From an uncultured bacterium (GTDB lineage: Bacteria > Auribacterota > Erginobacteria > Erginobacterales > Erginobacteraceae): 64,000 nt of DNA. Position numbers and translations under genes: made by a program. Positions 18,851 through 33,000 of this stretch are shown in pieces; position 1 is the first letter of the stretch, and each line of letters begins with the position of its first letter. A model generated the notes under the pieces. That model saw only the letters and a list, made by a program, of their open reading frames with translations. It was not told where the DNA came from and did not search any database. Location of the stretch: contig CAWGIE010000039.1 of assembly GCA_963822585.1 (NCBI GenBank), positions 32,001-96,000 on the forward strand. The letters are read 5' to 3'.

Positions 18851-19960
18851 TTATTTAAACCTGTTTTTATCAACCGCCCGCTTGCGGGCTTCCTCGCGAT
18901 CGATCTTGCCGGCGCTCACCAGATCGGCCAGGGAGTCGTCCATCAGACACATCCCCTGGGCACGGCCGATTTGAATCTCCGAGGTCAGCAGGTAGCCCTG
19001 GTTTTCCCTGATTAAATTCGCGATCCCCGGATTGGAGAAGAGAATTTCCAGGGACGGATAGCTGGCCGTTCCGTCTTTCGATGGGATCAGGTACTGACAG
19101 ATGATACCCCGGAGAGACTCCGCCACCATCATCCGGATTTGAGTCTGCTGTTCAGGGGGAAAGGCATCGATCAACGCGCTTATCGTCCGGGTGGCCGAGG
19201 TGGTGTGAATGCTGCTGAGAACCAGGTGACCGGTCTCGGCGGCCGTAATCGCCATTGACATTGTCTCCAGGTCCCGCATCTCCCCCACCATGATGATGTC
19301 CGGGTCCTCCCGAAGCGCGGCCCGGAGGGCGGCACCGAATGAGCCGGTGTGCAATCCCACCTCCCGCTGGGTGACCTGGCATTTTTTAGGGGGTACGATG
19401 TACTCGATCGGATCCTCGACCGTTATGATGTGATCCTGTCTGGTCTGATTGATTCTATCCAGCAGGGCGGCCAGCGTGGAGGTCTTCCCGGAACCGGCCG
19501 GGCCGCCCACCAGGACCAGGCCCTGCTGATATTCGGTAAGACGGCCGAGTTCATCGGGGAGATCGAGTTCTTTAAACGATTTTACTTTTTTATTGACCAC
19601 CCGGAAAGCACCGTCCCAGCCCAGCCGATGATGAATAATAATCCCCCGATAACGGCCGCCTGCTTCATCGATCAGCAGGATTTCCAGGTTGAGTTCCTTC
19701 CGGAGATGTTTTTTCTCTTCCTCGGTCAATACGCCGAAGAGGAGGGCCTGGGTTTCGTCGGCGGTGAGCGCTAAATTGGCAAAACGCAAGCTGCCGTTCA
19801 AACGGAGAAAAACCGGTCTCCCCACACTGACATGGAGATCGGAGGCGCCAAGAGCGCGGGCCTTGGCGAGGAGATCAACAAGCACTTTGCCTTTTGCGAT
19901 CTTGCCGGGCAAGCCTGACCGCTCTTCCCCGGGAGAGATTATATTAATACGTTCGGTCAT
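18851..19960 (-). CDS. Second PilT/PilU-family retraction ATPase
   Basis: ASDLH, GPAGSGKTST, TVEDPIE, ALREDPD, GEMRD, AETGHLV; probable start MTERI at 19960. Confidence 0.9.
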   Translation of the reverse strand: MTERINIISPGEERSGLPGKIAKGKVLVDLLAKARALGASDLHVSVGRPVFLRLNGSLRFANLALTADETQALLFGVLTEEEKKHLRKELNLEILLIDEAGGRYRGIIIHHRLGWDGAFRVVNKKVKSFKELDLPDELGRLTEYQQGLVLVGGPAGSGKTSTLAALLDRINQTRQDHIITVEDPIEYIVPPKKCQVTQREVGLHTGSFGAALRAALREDPDIIMVGEMRDLETMSMAITAAETGHLVLSSIHTTSATRTISALIDAFPPEQQTQIRMMVAESLRGIICQYLIPSKDGTASYPSLEILFSNPGIANLIRENQGYLLTSEIQIGRAQGMCLMDDSLADLVSAGKIDREEARKRAVDKNRFK

Positions 19961-20132
19961 CAGTTCATCATTTCCTGCCGCGTCCTGTGGACCATGTGAA
20001 GAGGATAACACTCAGAAAAATACTTGTCAAATCAGACCGGCGGCCGGACGAAGGGAAAAGAGAGCAAATAGCTCATGGAACCCGTTATGCCCCATTGAAT
20101 TGCGGGATAATGGGGGTTTTCCTTTGTATTGC

Positions 20133-20161
20133 TTGACAATCAACTCAGCGTCGTTTATGTT
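20133..20161 (+). promoter_or_regulatory. Putative sigma70 promoter for the protease block
   Basis: TTGACA-17 bp-TATGTT. Confidence 0.45.
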
Positions 20162-20259
20162 AGAGGTGGGATAGTGAGTCTTGTGAAAAAAATGCACTGT
20201 TCGCAATGCGGCCATGTGCCCCCGGTTGAACCAACCGGGGGCGCGTATAAAACGATACA

Positions 20260-23127
20260 ATGAGCCGGCGCATGAGGCCACTGACGCTTTTAACTTTCAT
20301 TCTTCTCCTCCCGGCGCGCTTCGCCGCCGGGCAGGATCCCCTCCCCTTCGAACCGGACGATACCCTGGAAGAGATCCGTTACAAGATCGATTACAACGGC
20401 TATTCCTTCGAGGTCGCCGACAACTGGGTCTTTTCCATGTCACCGGAAGAAAAATCCCGGTTCTTCAGCCGCCGGGCTCCCGTTTTTCCCCGGGCGATGG
20501 CGGACGGAGCCGGGATCGGACCCCTCGGCAGCCGCCTGGAGTCGGTCGACCTCCCGGAGAAGTTCGACTGGCGGGACTATAACGGGCACGCCTACATCGG
20601 GGATATCCGGGACCAGGGAAGCTGCGGTTCCTGCTACGCCTTTGGGGCCTGCGCCGCTGCCGAGGGGACCTATAACTGGGCGACGGGGAAGTTCGATACC
20701 AACTGCGCCGACTTTTCCGAGTCCTACATCATCTGGTGTCTGGGGAGACTTCCCGCTTACAGTTCGGACTTCTTCGGCTGTGACGGAGCCTCCTACGCCT
20801 ATATGGAGCTTGAAGCATTGACGAAGGAAGGCGTGGGCAACGAATCTGACTTTCCCTACACGATCAGCGATCCGGGCTCCTGCACCCACTGGGGCAATCA
20901 GACAACCGCCTTCCAGGAGTGGCATCGGATACCATGCGGCGATATCGACGCCATCAAGACCGCGATCATGACCTACGGCGTGGTTGATGCGGCGGTCCTA
21001 GCCGAGGATGTTTTCTCAGCCTACGACAGCGGCATCTACGAGGACAGCAACACTTCCTGCAACGGCACTCCGTGCTCCTATACCACCACCAACCACGCCA
21101 TCGCGCTGGTCGGCTGGGACGACTCTCCGCCGGAAGGCGGGGGCGGATGCTGGATCCTCCGCAACTCCTGGGGGGATTCCTGGGGGGAGAACGGATACAT
21201 GCGGATCCGCTACACCTCCGCCGCCGTCGCCTGCGCGGTCTGTTACCTGGTCTATGCGCCCCCAACGTCCCCCACCCCCACGCCGGTCGGATATTCAACC
21301 CCCACCCCCCGCCACCGAGACCCCCACTCCGGAGGGTTTCCAGACTCCGACTCCCACGCCAACCCCCCGCCACACCTCCACCCGCTCCTCAGGCGATCCC
21401 TTTTTCGGAGAGTTTTGAAGGAACATGGATCGGGGGCGCGCCGGTCGGCTGGACTCGAGAATTCATCACCGGATCCAACGACTGGCTCCAGGGTGAAGGA
21501 CGCGACGGCGGCTAAATCCTCTGGGCGCCCATAGAGGCACAATATAATGCCCATTTTTTACTACGGAGAATATTCAACCGAATCCACCCGCCTCATTTCC
21601 CCCCGGTAGACTTCGGGCCAGACCAATAACCAACCCTGACCTTCTGGCTGGCCAGGAAGAGGTCCCCAGGCCATGACAGGATGTCACTCTACTATCGTGT
21701 CACCGCCGGCGGGGAATGAACCTGCTCACCCATTATCCCGATCCGTCGTCGCTGGACCCAGCGGACTATCGCCCTACCGGACCCATGCTCCGCTTATTGG
21801 ATCTCTTTTGTAGGAACCACCGCATACGGATGGGGCGTCTGATCGACGACCTGCTGATCACCGGGCATGCTTATTCTTCCACGCCACCGACGGCGGCAGT
21901 AACCCCGACACCGTTTGAAACCCCGCCGGCGACATCGACACCCCCGTCCGAAACGGGCCCTCCCACGCCACCCGCGGGGACGCCGCAACCATCCGCAACA
22001 CCACCGCCTCCAACACCGGTGCCCACCTGCTCGGTCTCTTGCTCCTACCGGGTTTCCGGAGGGTCATTGACCATGACACGGCACCCCCGTCCCCGTGCCG
22101 ATGTCTGGCTCGAGTCCTCGATTATGACATAACACCGGTATATACCAGCGGAGCCGACGGCGCTTACTCGATCTTCACTTATGATCCTCATGCTCCCGGT
22201 ATTCGTACTGGCCCGGGCCGAGCATCCCGACTATCTCCCCGGAAACACGGCCGCCCAGTGGCCCGCGATACCGAGATCTCCGGGGTCGAGATCGAACTCG
22301 CAAGAGCTCCTTCCGCCACACCGACACCCCAACCACCAGACACCCCCCCCCACCCCGACCTGCGGCCCCCCCGCGGAACGGCCGGAGTTTCTCCTCCAGG
22401 CCGGGGATTATAACGGCGACGGGAGCGCCGACATCGCCATCTTTCGGGGATCCGCGGTCTCTGGGCGATCCGGGAGTTGACCCAGACTTATTTCGGGGGC
22501 GCGCTATCTACCCGTCACCGGGGACTACACCGGAGACGGGACCACCAATATCGCTATCTTCCGTCCCACCGCCGGCCTCTGGGCGCTGCGGGGGGTCTCC
22601 CGGATCTATTACGGCCTTCCCGGTGATTACCCGGCCCCCGCCGATTATGACGGAAACGGGATCGCCAACGTCTGCATCTTCCGCCCCAGGCCGGTGTCTG
22701 GTCGGCCCGTGGCGTCACCCGAACCTATTCCGGCGCTGCCGGGGACAAGCCCGTCCCCGGCGATTACGAAGGCTCCGGGACCTCCGCCATCGGCATCTTC
22801 AGACCTTCATCCGGGACCTGGGTGGTTCGCGGCGTCACCCGGATCTATTTCGGCGGGTTCGACGACTGGCCGCCCCCCCGCGACTACAACGGCGATGGGG
22901 CATTTCAGGCCGCCGTCTTCTGTTCCCGGTCATCCGGACTCTGGGCGATCCGGGGCGTCACCCGTTTCTATTTCGGGAGGTGCGCCGATTACCCTCTCCG
23001 GGCCGATTTCAACGGTAACGGCCCCGCCGAACCCGGCGTTTTCCGCCAGCACCTCGGCTTCTGGACTGTCCGGGGGATCACCCGGGCCTATTTCGGTGCG
23101 GTCAACGATCTGCCGGTGACACGGTAA
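20260..23127 (+). CDS. Secreted papain-family (C1A) cysteine protease with P/T linkers, adhesin-like domain, carboxypeptidase-regulatory-like domain and C-terminal 6-repeat module (multiply frameshifted)
   Basis: [43 protein letters not shown]; downstream pieces lie in different frames (SESFEG...PVGWT, IDDLLITG, GDYNGDGSADIAIFR ... NDLPVTR stop). Confidence 0.8.
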
Positions 23128-23640
23128 ACCTCTGTCCGCATTGCTCCATTCATCCGTGTACTGGTGGGATGTTCAAGCCACAGCGGAAATACACCTATCC
23201 TCCCCGGCATGAGTTCCCCGGCATACTATTTCAAATCAGCAACACCGTGTACGGATTCGCAACATGTCGCATCCTTGCCATAGTGAAGAACAGATGCCCG
23301 ATGTAACCATAAGTCCTTTATTAATATGAGATTATAAAAAAGTGGAGTCCCCGGGTGTCTCCTGGCATTAATTCTGCATATAAAAACTGGCATCCGGTAA
23401 TCAAGTTTAGTATATTGCCTGATGGAATTTTTCAGCTTATCCGGTAACACCGGGAGGGATCACCATGCAAAAATCAATCTTCGTCCCGATCACCGCTCAC
23501 CTCTTCTTTTTTGTTATCCAGCCGGTACCGGGCGCCGTTTGATCCGGATAAATTTACCGAATCTAAGATGTGGCAGCCGGCTTTATTATGAAATGCAATA
23601 AATAAATGAAAAGTGTAACAACTGGTTGGAGGAGGAGTTC

Positions 23641-26600
23641 ATGAAATTATTCTATCTGATTTTTCTGGCTTTTGTCCTTTCGGCGGCAGGCACCGGGGTA
23701 ACGTGGGGGGCACAGTGGACGCTCTCGACCCAGGCCGCCAATACCCAGAGCGCCATCACTGTGGCGGACGGACGGAATGTCTGGAGCGTGGAGGGGGGGA
23801 GTTCCCTGACGAATACGGGCGAAATCATTCATTATAACGGCTCGGAGTGGTCAGTTCAGACCACGACCTTCGCCACCGAGACCGGCCGGTTCCGGGGGGC
23901 CTACGCTTACGACGAACGCCATGTCTGGGTGGTCGGCAATACCGATAACGGCGACAACGACGGACTGGTTTATTTTTATGACGGGGGGGATTGGTGCTCT
24001 GCAGACGCAGATCGTCACCGCCTCCTCGTGTTATCTGTACGATGCCTTCTCTCCGGGACGGCGAAATCTGGTTGGGTCAGCGCCTATGCCGGGGAGATTT
24101 ACCACTCGTCTGATGGAGGAGCCACCTGGTCACTAGATACCGACATCGCAACCAATATATGGAACACCGTGCACGGGACTGATGCCTCCCACGTCTGGGC
24201 GGCCGGCGGATGGTCGGGAACCGGCCGGATCGTCTTTTATGACGGCGGCGACTGGACAATTCAGACCGAAGTGTCCCTGGGCTCAGGCAACTATTTTCGG
24301 GGACGTCTTTGCCGTCGACAACGATGACGTCTGGGCAATCGGGGACGCCGGGATCGTCCTCCATTACACGGGGGGGGCCTGGGAGTTCTCCACCGACCTG
24401 GGCGAGAACAGCGACCAAGCCCAGATCACCGCTCTCGGTGACGACCGGGTCTGGGCGGGGATGGACGGCGCCGACGCTGGAATCTATTTCAACGGGGGGG
24501 ACGGCTGGGTCGTCCAGGACGACGGACTCAACCCGGATTCCCTGGCGGCACGGGGACCGGGGGAACTCTGGGTTGTCTCCGGGCTCACCCACATTTACCG
24601 AAACGACATCGTCTGTGCGATCGATCTCGACTATTCCACTTACCTGGGGGGCAGCGACGCCGACTACGCTTACGGGATCGCCCTGGATAGCGCAGAGAAT
24701 ATCTACCTCACCGGCTACACGAAGTTTTTTCCAATTTCCCCACCAGCAGTCCGTTCCAGGCTTCTTTCGCCGCGGGAAGCGACCAGGACTGCTTTGTGTC
24801 CCGGTTCTCCTCCAGCGGCAGCACACTGCTTTATTCCACCTACCTGGGAGGTTCGGGGAACGACGCGGCGGACGGCATCGACGTCGATACCAATAACCGG
24901 GTCTGCGACGTTACCGGACAGACCTACTCCGCCGACTTCCCCACCAAGAATTATCCCCCCAACATTCTGATCCAGGAGGCTTACGGCGGCAGCGGCGACG
25001 CCTTCGTGACCAAGCTGAACTCGACCGGGCAACTCTATTATTCAACTTATCTGGGAGGGGCGGGAACAGACACCGGAAAATCAATCAGTCTCGACGACGT
25101 ATATAGAGCATACGTCACCGGCGACACACAATCTTCCGACTTCCCGACAGTGGATCCCTATCAGGCCGCTCTGAACGGTACGCGGGACTCCTTCGTCGCC
25201 CGGCTGAGCGCGACCGGATCTGGACTTAACTACTCGACCTATCTGGGGGGCGGGGAGCAGCGACTGGGGAACGGGCGTCACGGTTGACTCCGACCGGAAG
25301 GCCTACCTCACCGGCTACACGTACTCCACGAACTTTCCCACGGCGGGCGACCCCTTTCAGGCGGCTCCGGCCGGGAATATCGAAGGGTTTGTCAGCAAGA
25401 TCGCTTCCACCGGGACCACGCTCGACTACTCCACCTACCTGGGCGGAACGGACAATGACTGGTTCAACGGCATCGCCGTCGGGACCGGGGGCATCGCCTC
25501 GATCATCGGGCGCACCCAGTCCCTCGATTTTCCCACCGTGAACCCCTACCAGGGAGCACCACCTGGAAGCGATGACATCTGCACGGCCCGAATCTCCTGG
25601 GGCTGGCTCATCCCTGATCTTCTCCAGCTATCTTGGCGGCGACGGTTACGACCAGGGGGACGCCATCGCCGACGACGGCAGCGGCGGCCTCTACCTCCTG
25701 GGGCACACTTACTCGGGTAACTTTCCCACCGTGAACCCCTACCAGGCCAGTCTTACTAACAACTGTGACATCTTCCTCACCCGGTTCGATGGGATACAGG
25801 CAGTCACCTACTCCACCTACCTGGGCGGTTCAAGCGCCGATTGCGGCAAGTCCATCACCCTGAACGGCGGGGGGAGACTGCCTGATCGGCGGGTATTCCA
25901 GCTCAACCAACTTCCCGCTTGCCAACCCATACCAGTCGTCGAAAGCGGGCAGCTCCGACGCCATCGTCACCCGACTCTCCTTCAACTGCATCGCTACTAC
26001 GCCGAGCACCACGCCGACACCGAGCGTGACGCCGACGCTGAGCGTGACCCCGACCCCGAGTACCACCCCGACGCCAAGCGCAACCCCGACAACGACACCT
26101 CTGGAGACACCGACTCCGAAACCGACTGCGACGCCCGCGGCGACCCCAACAGCGGCTTCCACGGCAACCCCGACACTGTTACCCGCCCCCCCCGGGATTT
26201 ACGACTATGACGGGGATGGGGTCTCCGATATCGGGATCTTCCGGGGGATCTTCCGGCCTCTGGGCGATCCGGGGGGTCACCCGGGTTTACTTCGGGGCAT
26301 CCACCGATACCGTCGTCCCCGGGGATTACGACGGGGACACGGTCACTGACATTGCGATCTTCCGACCTTCCTCCGGCCTCTGGGCTATCCGCGGCTTCAC
26401 CGGGTTTACTTCGGGAATTCCAGTGACGAACCATTGCCCGGGGATTACAACGGGGACAGGAGCTGGGAGATCGCTGTCTTCCGGAGTTCCTCCGGCCTCT
26501 GGGCTGTCCGGGGGCTGACCCGTCTCTACTACGGTTCCTCCACCGACATCCCGGTCGCGGGGTACGATGACCCCGGCCTGATCAGGGATATCGGAATCTT

Positions 26601-26927
26601 CCGGGACTCTTCCGGTCTCTGGGCCATCCGGGGGATGACCCGCGTTTACTTCGGGACCTCCACCGACGTCACGGTTCCCGGGGACTACGGGGGGACCCGA
26701 AGCTGGGAACCGGCGATCTTCCGGGAGACCTCCGGTCTCTGGGCGGCCCGGGGGGTTACCCGCGCCTACTTCGGCGCCTCCTCCGATCTACCGATACCCG
26801 GCGCTTACTCCGGTGATGGAAAAGACAGCATCGCGATCTTCCGGGGGACTTTTGCGGCCTTTGGGCGATCCGCGGATTTACCCGTGTCTATTACGGGATG
26901 AATGGGGACACAACCATAACAAGATAA
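23641..26927 (+). CDS. Large secreted protein: N-terminal beta-propeller-like region, SBBP repeats, T/P linker, C-terminal 6-repeat module (multiply frameshifted)
   Basis: GGAGGAG RBS and signal peptide at 23641; VWAxG/HYxGxxW repeats, then YSTYLGG repeats, then DYDGDG..DIGIFR..GLWAIRG repeats across frames, ending GMNGDTTITR-TAA. Confidence 0.75.
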
Positions 26928-27012
26928 TCGCTTGCCATTATCCCGTCTCTATTATTAGAATTAGCTGAGTTTCGCCAGGCTGCGATCATAATAAACCTTT
27001 TGAAGGTCATGG

Positions 27013-30000
27013 ATGAAATTTATCCTCCGCATAACCGGGATTCTGACCGTATATCTCGCGGCCGGCGGAGCTGTCTTCGGAGAAGATATCCTTCCTTTCG
27101 AACCGGGCGATACACTGGATGATATTCGCTATAAAATAGATCATAACGGGTATAGCTTCACCGTCTCCGATAACTGGGTCTACCGTATGCCCAGGAGAGA
27201 AGGAGCGTTTCTTCAGTCGCCGGGCTCCCGTTTTCCCCCCGGGCGCTGGCGGACGGCGCCGGGATCGGACCCCTGGGCAGCCGCATGGAGTCGGTCGATC
27301 TCCCGGAGAAGTTCGACTGGCGAAAATATAACGGGCACGCCTATATCGGGGATATCCGGAACCAGGGGGACTGCGGCTCCTGTTATTCCTTCGCCGCCTG
27401 TGCCGCCGCGGAGGGCACCTACAACTACGCCCTGGGATTGTATGACGGGAATTGCGCGGATTTCTCGGAATCCTACATCATCTGGTGCCTGGGGAGGTTT
27501 CCCGCTTACAGCGATCATTTCTTCGGCTGCGACGGCGGGGATTACGACTACTATGAACCGACCGCCCTTTGCACCGAAGGGGTCGGCCTTGAGTCCGACT
27601 TCCCCTATCAGGAGACCGACCCCGGCTCCTGCACTCACTGGGGCGATCAGACAGTCGCCTTCCAGGAGTGGCATCGGATAACCTGCGGCGACATCGCTGC
27701 CATCAAGACCGCGATCATGACCTACGGCGTGGTCGACGCGGCGGTCTATGTCGAGGCGGCATTTCAGGCCTACAGCGGCGGTGTTTATGAGGACACCAAC
27801 ACCTCCTGCAGCGATTCCCCTTGCTACTACACTCCCACCAATCACGCCATCTCCCTGGTCGGCTGGGACGATACCCCGCCCGAAGGCGGGGGCGGCGTCT
27901 GGATCCTCCGCAACTCCTGGGGAGATACCTGGGGAGAATCGGGCTATATGCGAATCCGCTACACCTCCGCCTGTGTCGCCTGTGAAGTCTGCTACCTGGT
28001 CTATCAGTCCCCGGCCCCGCCGGCGACCCCGAGTCCGCCGGGGCCCTCCCCCACACCAACACCAGCCATCTGCACCCGGATCGACGAAGGGTTCGACGGG
28101 TTCGAGACCGGGACACGGCCGGCCGGCTGGACTTTCACCAACTGCAACCTGAACAGCGACACCTATACCGCCGCCGGGTCTTACGGCCGGCTCTCCCCCT
28201 CGATCAAGCTGGACGCCACCGGCGACGCGATCGAGACCGCGGCCTTCTCCGGGGGCGAGTGGTTACAGTTCTGGGTCAAGGGACAGGGGACCGACGTTTC
28301 CAGCACTCTCCTGGTGGAGGAGTATTACCTCGGCGGGTCCTGGACCGCGGTCACCGACGTCAGCTCGCTGCCCGCTTCGGGGACCACCCTGGGGACGTTC
28401 GGACTGCTGCCGGGGACAACGCGGGTCCGGTTCACCTATACCAAGTCGGCCGGCGAAGTGGCCTTCGACGACGTCCTGATCAAGTGCCTGATCACCCCGA
28501 CACCGGGCCCCGCCACACCCACGCCGGCACGCCGCAAGCTATAACACCGACACCGGTCACAACCCCGACACCGCCCGTTACAACGCCCACGCCGCCGGTT
28601 ACAACACCGACACCGCCAGTTACCACACCCACACCACCGGTTACAACACCGACACCGCCCATAACCACTCCCACGCCTCCGGCGATCACCCCGACGCCGT
28701 CTCCGGCGGTCTGCACCCGGATCGACGAGGGGTTCGACGGGTTCGAGACCGGGACACGGCCGGCCGGCTGGACCTTCACCAACTGCAACCTGGACAGCGA
28801 CACCTACACCGCCGCCGGGTCTTACGGCCGGCTCTCCCCCTCGATCAAGCTGGACGCCACCGGCGACGCGATCGAGACCGCGGCCTTCTCCGGGGGCGAG
28901 TGGTTACAGTTCTGGGTCCGGGGCCAGGGGACCGACGTTTCCAGCACTCTCCTGGTGGAGGAGTATTACCTCGGCGGGTCCTGGACCGCGGTCACCGACG
29001 TCAGCTCGCTGCCCGCTTCGGGGACCACCCTGGGGACGTTCGGACTGCTGCCGGGGACAACGCGGGTCCGGTTCACCTACACCAAGTCGGCCGGCGAAGT
29101 GGCTTTCGACGACGTCCTGATCAAGTGCCTGATCACCCCGACGCCAGGACCCGCCACGCCAACGCCGACGCCGCAAGGTATAACGCCGACGGTCACAACA
29201 CCGACGCCGCCCTTTACAACACCCACTCCGCCGGTTACTACACCAACACCGCCAGTTACCACACCCACGCCTCCGTCGACAACACCGACACCGCCCGTGA
29301 CCACTCCCACGCCTCCGGCGATCACGCCGACGCCGTCGCCGGCGGTCTGCACCCGGATCGACGAGGGGTTCGACGGGTTCGAGACCGGGACACGGCCGGC
29401 CGGCTGGACCTTCACCAACTGCAATCTGGACAGCGACACCTACACCGCCGCCGGGTCTTACGGCCGGCTCTCCCCCTCGATCAAGCTGGACGCCACCGGC
29501 GACGCGATCGAGACCGCGGCCTTCTCCGGGGGCGAGTGGTTACAGTTCTGGGTCCGGGGCCAGGGGACCGACGTTTCCAGCAGCCTCCTGGTGGAGGAGT
29601 ATTACCTCGGCGGGTCCTGGACCGCGGTCACCGACGTCAGCTCGCTGCCCGCTTCGGGGACCACCCTGGGGACGTTCGGACTGCTGCCGGGGACGACGCG
29701 GGTCCGGTTCACCTACACCAAGTCGGCGGGCGAGGTGGCCTTCGACGACGTCCTGATCAAGTGCCTGATCACCCCGACACCGGGCCCCGCCACACCGACG
29801 CCGGAGGTAACAACACCGACTCCTCCAGTCACAACACCCACACCGACCGGTTACCACCCCACGCCGCCGGTTGCTACACCAACACCGCCAGTTACCACAC
29901 CCACGCCTCCGTCTACAACACCAACACCACCCGTGACCACGCCCACGCCTCCGGCGATCACCCCGACGCCGTCTCCGGCGGTCTGCACCCGGATCGACGA

Positions 30001-33000
30001 AGGGTTCGACGGGTTCGAGACCGGGACACGGCCGGCCGGCTGGACCTTCACCAACTGCAATCTGAACAGCGACACCTACACCGCCGCCGGGTCTTACGGC
30101 CGGCTCTCCCCCTCGATCAAGCTGGACGCCACCGGCGACGCGATCGAGACCGCGGCCTTCTCCGGGGGCGAGTGGTTACAGTTCTGGGTCCGGGGCCAGG
30201 GGACCGACGTTTCCAGCACTCTCCTGGTGGAGGAGTATTACCTCGGCGGGTCCTGGACCGCGGTCACCGACGTCAGCTCGCTGCCCGCTTCGGGGACCAC
30301 CCTGGGGACGTTCGGGTTGCTGCCGGGAACGACGCGGGTCCGGTTCACGTACACCAAATCGGCCGGCGACGTGGCCTTCGACGACGTCCTGATCAAGTGC
30401 CTGATCACCCCGACGCCAGGACCCGCCACGCCAACGCCGGAGGTAACAACACCGACACCTCCAGTTACCACACCCACGCCACCGGTCACAACCCCGACGC
30501 CGCCGGCAACGACACCGACACCGCCAGTTACCACACCCACACCACCGGTTACAACACCGACACCGCCCGTGACCACTCCCACGCCTCCGGCGATCACGCC
30601 GACGCCGTCGCCGGCGGTCTGCACCCGGATCGACGAAGGGTTCGACGGGTTCGAGACCGGGACACGGCCGGCCGGCTGGACCTTCACCAACTGCAATCTG
30701 AACAGCGACACCTACACCGCCGCCGGGTCTTACGGCCGTCTCTCCCCCTCGATCAAGCTGGACGCCACCGGCGACGCGATCGAGACCGCGGCCTTCTCCG
30801 GGGGCGAGTGGTTACAGTTCTGGGTCCGGGGCCAGGGGACCGACGTTTCCAGCACTCTCCTGGTGGAGGAGTATTACCTCGGCGGGTCCTGGACCGCGGT
30901 CACCGACGTCAGCTCGCTGCCCGCTTCGGGGACCACCCTGGGGACGTTCGGACTGCTGCCGGGGACGACGCAGGTCCGGTTCACCTACACCAAGTCGGCG
31001 GGTGACGTGGCCTTCGACGACGTCCTGATCAAGTGTCTGATCACCCCGACACCCGGCCCCGCCACACCGACGCCGACAACGACACCGACACCTCCAGTTA
31101 CCACACCCACACCACCGGTCACAACCCCGACGCCGCCGGCAACGACACCGACACCGCCAGTTACCACACCCACACCACCGGTTACAACACCGACACCGCC
31201 CGTGACCACTCCCACGCTTCCGGCGATCACCCCGACGCCGTCTCCGGCGGTCTGCACCCGGATCGACGAGGGGTTCGACGGGTTCGAGACCGGGACACGG
31301 CCGGCCGGCTGGACCTTCACCAACTGCAATCTGGACAGCGACACCTACACCGCCGCCGGGTCTTACGGCCGGCTCTCCCCCTCGATCAAGCTGGACGCCA
31401 CCGGCGACGCGATCGAGACCGCGGCCTTCTCCGGGGGCGAGTGGTTACAGTTCTGGGTCCGGGGCCAGGGGACCGACGTTTCCAGCACTCTCCTGGTGGA
31501 GGAGTATTACCTCGGCGGGTCCTGGACCGCGGTCACCGACGTCAGCTCGCTGCCCGCTTCGGGGACCACCCTGGGGACGTTCGGGTTGCTGCCGGGGACG
31601 ACGCGGGTCCGGTTCACCTACACCAAGTCGGCGGGTGAGGTGGCCTTCGACGACGTCCTGATCAAGTGTCTGATCACCCCGACACCCGGCCCCGCCACAC
31701 CGACGCCGACAACGACACCGACACCTCCAGTTACCACACCCACGCCACCGGTCACAACCCCGACGCCGCCGGCAACGACACCGACACCGCCAGTTACCAC
31801 ACCCACACCACCGGTTACAACACCGACACCGCCCGTGACCACTCCCACGCCTCCGGCGATCACCCCGACGCCGTCTCCGGCGGTCTGCACCCGGATCGAC
31901 GAGGGGTTCGACGGGTTCGAGACCGGGACACGGCCGGCCGGCTGGACCTTCACCAACTGCAACCTGGACAGCGACACCTACACCGCCGCCGGGTCTTACG
32001 GGCGGCTCTCCCCCTCGATCAAGCTCGACGCCACCGGCGACGCGATCGAGACCGCGGCCTTCTCCGGGGGCGAGTGGTTACAGTTCTGGGTCCGGGGCCA
32101 GGGGACCGACGTCTCCAGCAGCCTCCTGGTGGAGGAGTATTACCTGGGCGGGTCCTGGACCGCGGTCACCGACGTCAGCTCGCTGCCCGCTTCGGGGACC
32201 ACCCTGGGGACGTTCGGACTGCTGCCGGGGACGACGCAGGTCCGGTTCACCTACACCAAGTCGGCGGGTGAGGTGGCCTTCGACGACGTCCTGATCAAGT
32301 GTCTGATCACCCCGACACCGGGCCCCGCCACACCGACGCCGACAACGACACCGACACCTCCAGTTACCACACCCACGCCACCGGTCACAACCCCGACGCC
32401 GCCGGCAACGACACCGACACCGCCAGTTACCACACCCACACCACCGGTTACAACACCGACACCGCCCGTGACCACTCCCACGCCTCCGGCGATCACCCCG
32501 ACGCCGTCTCCGGCGGTCTGCACCCGGATCGACGAGGGGTTCGACGGGTTCGAGGCCGGGACACGGCCGGCCGGCTGGACCTTCACCAACTGCAACCTGG
32601 ACAGCGACACCTATACCGCCGCCGGGTCTTACGGGCGGCTCTCCCCCTCGATCAAGCTGGACGCCACCGGCGACGCGATCGAGACCGCGGCCTTCTCCGG
32701 GGGCGAGTGGTTACAGTTCTGGGTCCGGGGCCAGGGGACCGACGTTTCCAGCAGCCTCCTGGTGGAGGAGTATTACCTCGGCGGGTCCTGGACCGCGGTC
32801 ACCGACGTCAGCTCGCTGCCCGCTTCGGGGACCACCCTGGGGACGTTCGGACTGCTGCCGGGGACGACGCGGGTCCGGTTCACGTACACCAAATCGGCCG
32901 GCGACGTGGCCTTCGACGACGTCCTGATCAAGTGTCTGATCACCCCGACACCCGGGCCCGCCTCTCCCACTCCGACGTCGACGCCAGCGGCAACGCCCAC

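Noticed and set aside
17782..19960. Tandem PilT ATPases as a novel system
   Set aside because: pilT/pilU pairs near yggS are a common arrangement
23130..23640. AT-rich spacer as a riboswitch or ncRNA
   Set aside because: No recognisable aptamer consensus by eye; an Rfam search would be needed
28071..32936. Tandem array as a CRISPR array or diversity-generating retroelement
   Set aside because: The period is ~635 bp and in-frame coding; there are no unique spacers, cas genes, reverse transcriptase or adenine-specific variation
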